Origin: Candidatus Hermodarchaeota archaeon
GTDB taxonomy: Archaea > Asgardarchaeota > Heimdallarchaeia > Hodarchaeales > Hodarchaeaceae
NCBI GenBank assembly: GCA_048886185.1
Contig: JBHLKY010000033.1
Span: 1,621 to 33,620, forward strand
Direction of reading: 5' to 3'
Length of the DNA: 32,000 nt
Position numbers and translations under genes: made by a program. The notes beneath the pieces were generated by a model. That model saw only the letters and a program-made list of their open reading frames with translations. It did not search any database and was not told the origin of the DNA. This document shows, piece after piece, positions 9,778 to 17,238 of this stretch. How positions within the stretch are numbered: position 1 is the stretch's first letter; every line of letters starts with the position of its first letter.

Positions 9778-10272
9778 TTGATATTGAAAACCCCGAAAAT
9801 CCTGCTAATTATATCATGTGGAAAGAAGAAGGCCCAAAAGCTACATAATCATAAAATGCGGGCTTCTTATGCATATACTGGTCCTATGTATCAGATTATC
9901 AATAAGGCGAAACGAGAAGGTAGATGGGGATCTAATCTCTTCTTGGGAATTGTTTCAGCTAAATACGGTTTTCTTCGCGGTGATGATCTTATAGAATATT
10001 ACGATTTAAAAATGACTGCAAAAATAGCTGAAAAACACAATACTCAAGTAATCTCTGAGATAATCAAATGGAATAATGAGGAAAAATTTGATTATATTCA
10101 TGTTTTAATGGGAAAACTATACTTAAAAGCAATTGAAGACTTAGAAACTCATTTAGAAACTACTCTTGTGGTTGAAAATATGGGAGGTTTAGGTTTTGGG
10201 CAACAAAAATTGATTAAATTTTTAAACAAGTTCTCAGAAAAGCCTCATTTTCATATCAATTTCAAAAAGTGA
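9778..10272 (+). CDS. DUF6884-like small alpha/beta protein
   Basis: TTG start. LLIISCGKKK, A..AYTGPMY, IVSAKYGFL, IEYYDLKM match the C-x3-K / A..lY.G / SAkyG / YD pattern of DUF6884 (YaaA-like fold) as recalled. Confidence 0.7.
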   Translation: MILKTPKILLIISCGKKKAQKLHNHKMRASYAYTGPMYQIINKAKREGRWGSNLFLGIVSAKYGFLRGDDLIEYYDLKMTAKIAEKHNTQVISEIIKWNNEEKFDYIHVLMGKLYLKAIEDLETHLETTLVVENMGGLGFGQQKLIKFLNKFSEKPHFHINFKK

Positions 10273-10281
10273 TGATTAACG

Positions 10282-11358
10282 ATGATTTTCGCCCTTGGTA
10301 CTCCAGTTAACTCAAGATGTCGTCCTTGGACTTACAATTGGGCGTTAGAACCAGATGCACTTATGATCTCTGCTATAGACTTCCTTAACAGTCCAAAACT
10401 ATTTCAAAAAATTAAGAAAAATGGGATTCATGAATTTCTCGGTTGGGATGGCCAAATCATCTGTGATTCAGGAGCTTTCTCTGCACTCAATCGAAAGAAA
10501 AAGACCAATCTTGATATAGAAAAATTGAAGAGAATATACAGAGAATTAACAAACCAGGATCCAGCCATTTTAAAAATAACATTAGATTTTCCTGATGAAA
10601 AGATTTTAGCTAATTACAGGGAACTATACCCATTGGAAGTACAGCCTGTTGTTCCTTATGATAGACTCGAAATTATGGATAATATTCTCCAGAATGAGGG
10701 GATCCCTCAGTGGTTTTTTATCGGACGTCTAGTTCCATTAATGAGAAGAGGGGGTGGACATGCAAGGCGATTATTTTTCGTGCTCAATAAAGTAAAAAAA
10801 CATCTTACTAACTTTGAAAGTGGACTGAAAGTAAATTTATGGGCATTAGGAGTGGGTGCACCAAGTATTATTAATCAAATTGCGAAATTGGTTGATGGAT
10901 GTGATTCTACTAGGTGGCGTGTTACAGGTTCTAATATGATATTGTTACCTAAAGGAGGTGAACGTGGGGTCGGAAATTTAACAAAATGGCGTGGGACTCA
11001 CCATAGAATTAATCAAAATATTGAAAAAGAAATCGTTATACAAGTCCTTCAAGAAATTGATGAGAAATCTGGAGGATTGGAATACCTAGATGTCTTACTC
11101 CTACCAGAAAAGAAACCAAAACAGTTGAAAAATAAAGTAGAGAAAGGATTACCTACAATAGGAAATCTTCTTAATAAATTACGAGAAAAAAAGGAAGAAA
11201 TATCAGTTTATGACTTAGAGCTCCTTTTACGAACATCTGGAAATTTGAGATTGATCTTTAATTATTGGGCAGCTTTATCTTTTAAAACAAAGCTGTACCA
11301 TTTTACAAGGATCAAAGAATCCAAACATTCATGGATGAACTCAGTTCTAACTGAATGA
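10282..11358 (+). CDS. TGT/DpdA-like TIM-barrel protein, paralogue B
   Basis: Motifs ICDSGAFSAL, TLDFPD, QPVVP, FIGRLVP, WALGVG, DGCDSTRWR in TGT order; collinear with paralogue A. Confidence 0.7.
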   Translation: MIFALGTPVNSRCRPWTYNWALEPDALMISAIDFLNSPKLFQKIKKNGIHEFLGWDGQIICDSGAFSALNRKKKTNLDIEKLKRIYRELTNQDPAILKITLDFPDEKILANYRELYPLEVQPVVPYDRLEIMDNILQNEGIPQWFFIGRLVPLMRRGGGHARRLFFVLNKVKKHLTNFESGLKVNLWALGVGAPSIINQIAKLVDGCDSTRWRVTGSNMILLPKGGERGVGNLTKWRGTHHRINQNIEKEIVIQVLQEIDEKSGGLEYLDVLLLPEKKPKQLKNKVEKGLPTIGNLLNKLREKKEEISVYDLELLLRTSGNLRLIFNYWAALSFKTKLYHFTRIKESKHSWMNSVLTE

Positions 11359-11370
11359 TTTTAATTTAAT

Positions 11371-12684
11371 ATGTTTGGGAAGACCATGAGGATTAAAATA
11401 ATATTCCCAATTGGATTATTTCAATTCATTTCATTATTGCGACGAGCAATATTCTATGCTTTTTTCTATATTTATCTTCGAGATTTCTTAGGATTACCAA
11501 ACACACTAGCTGCCTCATTAGGAACCGCAAACCTTCTTGGATCAACATTTGGCCAATTAAAAATCTGGGGGCCTAAACTTGACAGACAGCCAGAATTAGC
11601 AAAGAAGTATGTTGTACGGGGGGAATTAATAGCTGCTTTTACGTACTTTATTACCTTTATAGGTCATTATGGGTTTTTAGAACTAGGATCTGGGATAAGT
11701 GCTGCATTCTTCATGATTATTATTTTATCTATACTTGAGATTTTTTGGAGCATGAGCGATTTAGGAGTAAGATTTCTTGTAGCACAAGCTACCCAAGGAC
11801 GAAATCGTGGACAGCTAATAGGGCTTATTGATGGATTTGGATTGATAGGCCAAATTATAGGCTTTCTGTTGGGTGGTCTTCTTTATCAAGATGGTTTAGG
11901 ATTTAGAGAGGGAACAATTTTTTATATGGTCGTAGTTTTAATTTTTCTCTGCGCGATGGTTATTCAATTTTCTCCTCAAACGAAAAGAATTTCCATTGAA
12001 GATACTTCAATAGTTTACACTAGTCCAAAGAAATTACGAGAACTATTCCAAGTTCCTACTTACTCATTTTTCATATTCTGCATTATGGTTTTAGTTATTG
12101 GTGTTTCATCAAGTACCCAGATATTTCTCTATTACTCCAATGACCCATATGGACTAAACTTTAATGACCAATTACTTAGCTATTTATTAATCTTATTTTC
12201 TTTATCAGGTGGATTAATAACTCCTATTGGTGGAAGAGCTTCAGATAAAGTCGGAAGAATTCCTGTTGTAATTTTAGCTGGATTTGGTGCCTCAGTTAGC
12301 TATTTTTTACTGTTTTTCTTAGGAAAACAATCTTTCTTTATGGTAGCAATTCTTTACTCTTTATTGGGTGCATCTTTTGCACTTCTCCAGAGTGTTCCTT
12401 TCGCTTATACAGCAGACTTACTACCCGAAGATTTGAGAGGCACAGGATTTGCTATTTTTAATATAACATTAGCCACAGGTTGGGGTTTGGCTGGATTTGT
12501 TGTGGGAGGTCCTGTAGCTGATTTATTAATCTTCATGGGACAAACAACGGTAACGGCATATCGTATTGCCTTTCTAGTATCTAGTATACTAATAGTATTT
12601 GGGACTTTAGCGTTATCCATATATTCAAAGAATTTAAAAAGGAACTCTTCCCTAATGAGTACTACTACGAATCATTTTTCTTGA
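11371..12684 (+). CDS. Major facilitator superfamily transporter
   Basis: Two hydrophobic bundles; MFS motif A in the second half (GGRASDKVGRIP); ADLLPEDLRGTGFAIFN. Confidence 0.9.
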   Translation: MFGKTMRIKIIFPIGLFQFISLLRRAIFYAFFYIYLRDFLGLPNTLAASLGTANLLGSTFGQLKIWGPKLDRQPELAKKYVVRGELIAAFTYFITFIGHYGFLELGSGISAAFFMIIILSILEIFWSMSDLGVRFLVAQATQGRNRGQLIGLIDGFGLIGQIIGFLLGGLLYQDGLGFREGTIFYMVVVLIFLCAMVIQFSPQTKRISIEDTSIVYTSPKKLRELFQVPTYSFFIFCIMVLVIGVSSSTQIFLYYSNDPYGLNFNDQLLSYLLILFSLSGGLITPIGGRASDKVGRIPVVILAGFGASVSYFLLFFLGKQSFFMVAILYSLLGASFALLQSVPFAYTADLLPEDLRGTGFAIFNITLATGWGLAGFVVGGPVADLLIFMGQTTVTAYRIAFLVSSILIVFGTLALSIYSKNLKRNSSLMSTTTNHFS

Positions 12685-12707
12685 TATTTACCCCGAGATG
12701 ACTCATA

Positions 12708-15158
12708 GTGATCCACGATCCCGTTATATATGAGATCAACAATATAAAGGAGTTATCTTTTGAGAAGACATCTAGAATTCTTCTCCTAGGTTCAAAACTT
12801 AAAATAATGCAATATTTCAGATCAAAATTTAAGAATCTTCGTCCACGTTTGATTTTCTTAGATTTATCATTGTATTATCAGGATTTCAAGAGGATAGAGA
12901 GAATTTTTAAAACCTTACAAGATACAGAGTGTCCTCAGATCAGCGAAATAAATGGGAATTTTTGGAAAAAAGTAGAAAGAATATTTGAAGACTGCAAATT
13001 AACCTTATGTGATGATGGATATATCGCTGTTAAAGTGAATGGAACAATCAAATCAGATGTAAAATCTAAATTAGATATCATTTTTGGTCATGACCAATTT
13101 GTTAATGAAATCATCATCGATTCTCCTTTTAAGCTCTGGTATGCTCCCAACTCTACAGTGTTTGAGAGAACCAATTACATTATGCTTTATTCACAAAATC
13201 TTAACCAACGAATTAAACCTGTGTTAAATGAAAAAGTGAGTGGAGGATATTGGCACTCTTTCGTCTCTAAAGGACAGGGTAAGGCCAAAAGGTTTAAATT
13301 TCGGGATGGTAAAGAAATTATCTTGACTCCTCCCCTTGGGACTCATTGGAAATTAAAACAAAAAACAATCCTAGAGCTATGTGAAAAAGGGGAAATTCGT
13401 TTAAATAAGAAGGGGAATCCAGAATATTGGGTTCCTTTAAAAAAGGGACAAATTATTGACTCCAATTGGTTAGATATACAAAGCTATGAATGGAATCATG
13501 ACCAAAACGTTATCAATTCTTCGGATCTATATAATCGTTTATTTAGTATGTGTTTAGATGGGGGGGATCTCTATCTTGATTTATCTACGAATTTTGGAAC
13601 CTCTTTGGTTGTTGCAAGTCGATTACAGTTAAAATGGATTGGATTAGAAGAAAATAAGTATAAATTTAAATTAATAATGAAAAACTTAATAGAAAAAGGG
13701 ATCCATTTTTGTGTATATGACTGTGAATCTCTTCCTGATTCTCTGAATAATATAAAATACTCTTATCATGAAAAGGACTTAAGTACTTCTGTTGATGACT
13801 CACATAGTCTTGAAAAACTATCGCTACAGCTGATTGAGAGGTATAATATTCAAAATTTGAATTTCAATTTGGAATTAATAGGTAATTGGTCAAATAAACT
13901 GATTTTAGGCGATAGTTATGATGTTTTACGACTTCTAAAACCTAATTTTCAGAAGAAGGTTAAAGTTATTTACATTGATCCTCCATTTTTCACGGGAACT
14001 AATGAAAATATAGTAATTCCAATAGGTCTATCACAACCACTTGGGGTTAACAAATCAGATATACATCTTTCAGTTGAGGATTTAGCATATAACAATGTCC
14101 TAGATGTTTCAAATCCTATCAAATTCTTTATGCAATGGTTCAAGAAACGAATTGAATTGATGAAATCCCTTTTATGTGATGATGGCTTTATTTTTGTTCG
14201 TTTTGATTATCATTTTGGTCATTATGCAAGAATGATCTTAGATGAAGTATTTGGTCGCCAAAATTTTATCATTGAATTTTTAGTTCGAAGAATGAAAAAA
14301 AATCTATCAGAAAGACAAGCTTTTAAACAAACACATCTAATCGTCCATTCAGACTCGTTATTAGTATATCAAAATAGCGAAGAAGCAGATTTAAATCCTT
14401 CAATCGTCAAAAAAATAAGGCGTAAGAACCAAGACTTTGCTGAGAGTCAATATTCTAATGATAATATTTGGTTAGATATTGCTGGTTATGAAAAGCATAA
14501 AAAAACTCTTTACCCAACGGAGAATTCAGAAATTCTTCTTTCCCGAATAATACAGATCTCCTCAAAAAAAGGGGATCTAATTGCTGATTTTTTCTGTGGT
14601 TCTGGAACTACCGCTGCAGTAGCAGAGAAATTAGGACGAAAATGGATTGCTGGTGACATTAGCCGTTATTCTATTCATGAAACAAAAAAAAGAATTTTGA
14701 AAATGCCTAAAAGTGCTTCTTTTGATCATTTTGAATTATCTGGATCTCAAACCTCTACATCTGTTAATCAAGGACTCCAATCGGAATTTAGTATTGATGA
14801 TGAATCATTACCAACTGATGTACCTGTTCCAAAAGTAGAATTGAAAATAAACATTAACAGAAATCAAATAACAATTAATATCGTCCAATTTATCCCCAGT
14901 AATTCATTAAATAGTTCCATAAGACATAACTACATTGATTTTATCGATTTCTGGGCTGTAGATTGGGATTGTCAAGACAAAATATTTATGCCACAATGGT
15001 ATTCATATCGGGAAATGAGAGGAAAAAAGGTGGTTAAGAATATTCAAGCATCAGCAACTCATGAGTACTCCAATCCTGGAAAGTATTTACTAGGTATTTC
15101 GCTTGTTGACGTTTTTGGGAATAGAACTAAACAATCCATGACCATTGACATACAGTGA
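12708..15158 (+). CDS. Beta-class (Type III Mod-like) adenine DNA methyltransferase with two tandem MTase domains, the N-terminal one degenerate
   Basis: C-terminal half has LILGDS, YIDPPF (D at 13977), DFFCGSGTT and the Mod-type tail FIDFWAVDW. N-terminal half has FLDLSLYY (D at 12861) and LDLSTNFGTS at the equivalent positions. Confidence 0.85.
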   Translation: MIHDPVIYEINNIKELSFEKTSRILLLGSKLKIMQYFRSKFKNLRPRLIFLDLSLYYQDFKRIERIFKTLQDTECPQISEINGNFWKKVERIFEDCKLTLCDDGYIAVKVNGTIKSDVKSKLDIIFGHDQFVNEIIIDSPFKLWYAPNSTVFERTNYIMLYSQNLNQRIKPVLNEKVSGGYWHSFVSKGQGKAKRFKFRDGKEIILTPPLGTHWKLKQKTILELCEKGEIRLNKKGNPEYWVPLKKGQIIDSNWLDIQSYEWNHDQNVINSSDLYNRLFSMCLDGGDLYLDLSTNFGTSLVVASRLQLKWIGLEENKYKFKLIMKNLIEKGIHFCVYDCESLPDSLNNIKYSYHEKDLSTSVDDSHSLEKLSLQLIERYNIQNLNFNLELIGNWSNKLILGDSYDVLRLLKPNFQKKVKVIYIDPPFFTGTNENIVIPIGLSQPLGVNKSDIHLSVEDLAYNNVLDVSNPIKFFMQWFKKRIELMKSLLCDDGFIFVRFDYHFGHYARMILDEVFGRQNFIIEFLVRRMKKNLSERQAFKQTHLIVHSDSLLVYQNSEEADLNPSIVKKIRRKNQDFAESQYSNDNIWLDIAGYEKHKKTLYPTENSEILLSRIIQISSKKGDLIADFFCGSGTTAAVAEKLGRKWIAGDISRYSIHETKKRILKMPKSASFDHFELSGSQTSTSVNQGLQSEFSIDDESLPTDVPVPKVELKININRNQITINIVQFIPSNSLNSSIRHNYIDFIDFWAVDWDCQDKIFMPQWYSYREMRGKKVVKNIQASATHEYSNPGKYLLGISLVDVFGNRTKQSMTIDIQ

Positions 15159-15256
15159 GGATATCTAACTATTGTCTCCTCGTTTGAAAAGGCATACAAT
15201 TGGATACCTTTTTGTAAAGTAGGAGATATCTATAATAGAACCTTAATTCCCTTCTT

Positions 15257-15274
15257 TTACAGTATCTACTGTAA
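15257..15274. promoter_or_regulatory. Perfect 8-2-8 inverted repeat, possible operator
   Basis: TTACAGTA-TC-TACTGTAA in the intergenic region, about 77 nt upstream of yjbQ. Confidence 0.3.
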
Positions 15275-15350
15275 TAATTAGTTCTCTTTCTGGATATAGA
15301 CATGCCAAATATCTTATAAGATTATTTTCTTAATCACATGAATTAGAGAT

Positions 15351-15779
15351 GTGAAAAATATGACAGTCTATCAATCTGAAATATCATTGAAAAAAACCCA
15401 TGAAACCGACATTGTCGACATTACCTCTGAACTGGGACGTATTATAGATCATTCTAGAGTAAAAAATGGCATTGTGACTGTTTTTGTACCAGGTTCTACT
15501 GGAGCTATAATTACTCTCGAGTATGAGCCAGGACTTTTACGAGATATTCCAGAATTCTTAGAACGACTTGCCCCTAAATCGCTTGATTATTTCCATGAAC
15601 AAACTTGGCATGATGGTAATGGTCATTCCCATGTAAGAGCATCTTTATTAGGCCCTTCCTTGATGATACCAATTAGTCAAGGGAAGATGATTCATGGTAC
15701 TTGGCAACAGGTTGCTTTCATAGAATTAGATGTTAAACCACGAAACAGACGATTATATGTTACTATCATTGGAGAATAA
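15351..15779 (+). CDS. yjbQ: YjbQ/UPF0047 family protein (secondary thiamine-phosphate synthase)
   Basis: DIVDIT, VFVPGSTGAI, HEQTWHDGNGHSHVRASLLGPS, GTWQQVAFIELD...R.R. A TATA-like ATCTTATAAGAT lies at 15311-15322. Confidence 0.95.
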   Translation: MKNMTVYQSEISLKKTHETDIVDITSELGRIIDHSRVKNGIVTVFVPGSTGAIITLEYEPGLLRDIPEFLERLAPKSLDYFHEQTWHDGNGHSHVRASLLGPSLMIPISQGKMIHGTWQQVAFIELDVKPRNRRLYVTIIGE

Positions 15780-15790
15780 AAGAAAAATCA

Positions 15791-15798
15791 TTTTTTTT
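15791..15798 (+). terminator. Oligo-T tract, possible archaeal intrinsic terminator
   Basis: T8 run starting 12 nt after the yjbQ stop codon. Confidence 0.3.
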
Positions 15799-15916
15799 AT
15801 TTACTTTTGAACAGCCTTAAAAGAAAATTAGTTGATTCATTAGACTCGAATAAAAAAGTTTTCTTCAACTTCAAAAGGTAATAAATCAAGTTTATTTAAC
15901 TACCTAGAAAAAATAA

Positions 15917-16372
15917 ATGATAAAGGCTTGGATTTTTCTCGTGGTATCGGTGTTTGATGATTCACATCTATATTTAAATAGTTCTATCAGGACATATGTC
16001 AATGCTAAATCGACATTAGATAAACTTTTTGCATTAAAGCTGATTGTTCTGAGTATGATTGTAGCAACAGACAAATTGATTGAAAAGCTTGGAAAAGTAA
16101 ATGATACACCATTTTATAGTCATCTTGAGGAATCTAGCCTTTTTCTCCCTATGGCAGCTTACGAACAACGAGTGATTGAATTAAGTTTGTTGGAAGAAAA
16201 TAATTTGATCCCTTCTCAATATGAGTTTTCTCGTAGACTAAGAAGAGCTTTAGATACTCTAAAGGTAATTCACGGTCAATATAGCTTACGAACTTTATTA
16301 GCAACCAATGTCAAAGAATTCATAAATGAAACTCAATTTTTCATTTTAGACGTTCAATCAGTAATAGAATAA
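15917..16372 (+). CDS. Hypothetical protein, possible longin/roadblock-like fold
   Basis: 151-aa standalone ORF. The hydrophobicity pattern reads beta-beta-alpha-beta-beta-beta-alpha-alpha, starting with MIKAWIFLVV. The fold call is by eye only. Confidence 0.55.
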   Translation: MIKAWIFLVVSVFDDSHLYLNSSIRTYVNAKSTLDKLFALKLIVLSMIVATDKLIEKLGKVNDTPFYSHLEESSLFLPMAAYEQRVIELSLLEENNLIPSQYEFSRRLRRALDTLKVIHGQYSLRTLLATNVKEFINETQFFILDVQSVIE

Positions 16373-16668
16373 TGATGAAAGAGATCTACAAACGAAAGAG
16401 AGCCTAATGAAATGGGGTCATTTTACTCCAGAAGAAGATAATTGGTAATCTGTTAACCCCTAGAATCTTATAATTATTCACATTTTTCAAAAAAAGGAAA
16501 TTTACTCTACTTTTATGCTTTTCCTCGCTCTGATGACGATTCATTCCAAATTGGAGGAAGAGTCATAGAAAAAAAAATTGATTAATATCTCTAATCAAAA
16601 TAGCAAAATCAGTGACGAAAAACACTTAATCGAATTTTTTGGAAGCGTGTATTCAACCAAATTTGCTG

Positions 16669-17064
16669 TTATTTCACCTTGCAGATGTCACAATCTTCGT
16701 GAACCAGACCATATTTTCTATGAAATTCACAAAGAAATCCCCCTTCATGAATATATTTTAATATGCGTTGGACTTCACGTGGAGCAGTACTTCTTTCCTC
16801 TGCTATGTTTCGGGCAGCTTTTTGAATTTTTTTTATAATATCGTCACTTAATTCAATATCTCCACGTGCCCCTTTCTTGTACTGACTGATAGCTGGTTCT
16901 GTGAGTCCGAATTTCTTCGCAATCTCCTTTTGTGGAAGGTTATGTTCTTCAATAAGAGATTTAGTTATTTCACGACGAATAGCGGGAAGTATATACCAAA
17001 CCATGACTTCTTGAGGTTGAACAAGTTTTTTAAACCGCTTCTTTTTCTGAGTACTCATGTTCAT
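16669..17064 (-). CDS. Archaeal HTH transcriptional regulator (COG2522-like)
   Basis: PQE..VWYILPAIRREI.K.L, then HTH LPQKEIAKKFGLTEPAISQYKKGARG, and C-terminal C..H......C..C metal ligands. Confidence 0.88.
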   Translation of the reverse strand: MNMSTQKKKRFKKLVQPQEVMVWYILPAIRREITKSLIEEHNLPQKEIAKKFGLTEPAISQYKKGARGDIELSDDIIKKIQKAARNIAEERSTAPREVQRILKYIHEGGFLCEFHRKYGLVHEDCDICKVK

Positions 17065-17238
17065 CAGGTTTTTTCAAGAGATATACTCTTTACCTTTCTC
17101 CTGTTTTCTTGTCTTAACAATAGTATAGGGATTTAAAAACATAGTTCCTCGAGAAAATAAATACTACTGTTAAGCTAACCGATATTTTCTAAAAGTAAAA
17201 TTAATTTAGATGGTTCATGCTGTTCTTGAGGTGTAGAA

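Noticed and set aside
7725-11358. Calling the TGT-like genes canonical tgt, arcTGT or a complete dpd system
   Set aside because: No PUA domain, no full CxCx2C zinc site (only CSC in paralogue A), DSGA(Y/F)S instead of DSGG(F/Y)Q, and no dpdB/dpdC/que genes in the window.
10270-11364. Selenocysteine read-through at the TGA stops of the DUF6884-like and TGT-like B genes
   Set aside because: Each TGA is followed almost immediately by another in-frame stop (TGA TGA; TGA TTT TAA).
239-12620. Small ORFs 239-478, 6262-6444 and 12405-12620
   Set aside because: Lie entirely antisense within conserved genes; no motifs.
12708-15158. Complete Type III restriction-modification system
   Set aside because: No helicase/nuclease res gene follows; the next gene is yjbQ.
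16578-17136. Cys/His-containing plus-strand ORFs 16578-16838 and 16930-17136
   Set aside because: Antisense shadows of the well-supported HTH regulator.
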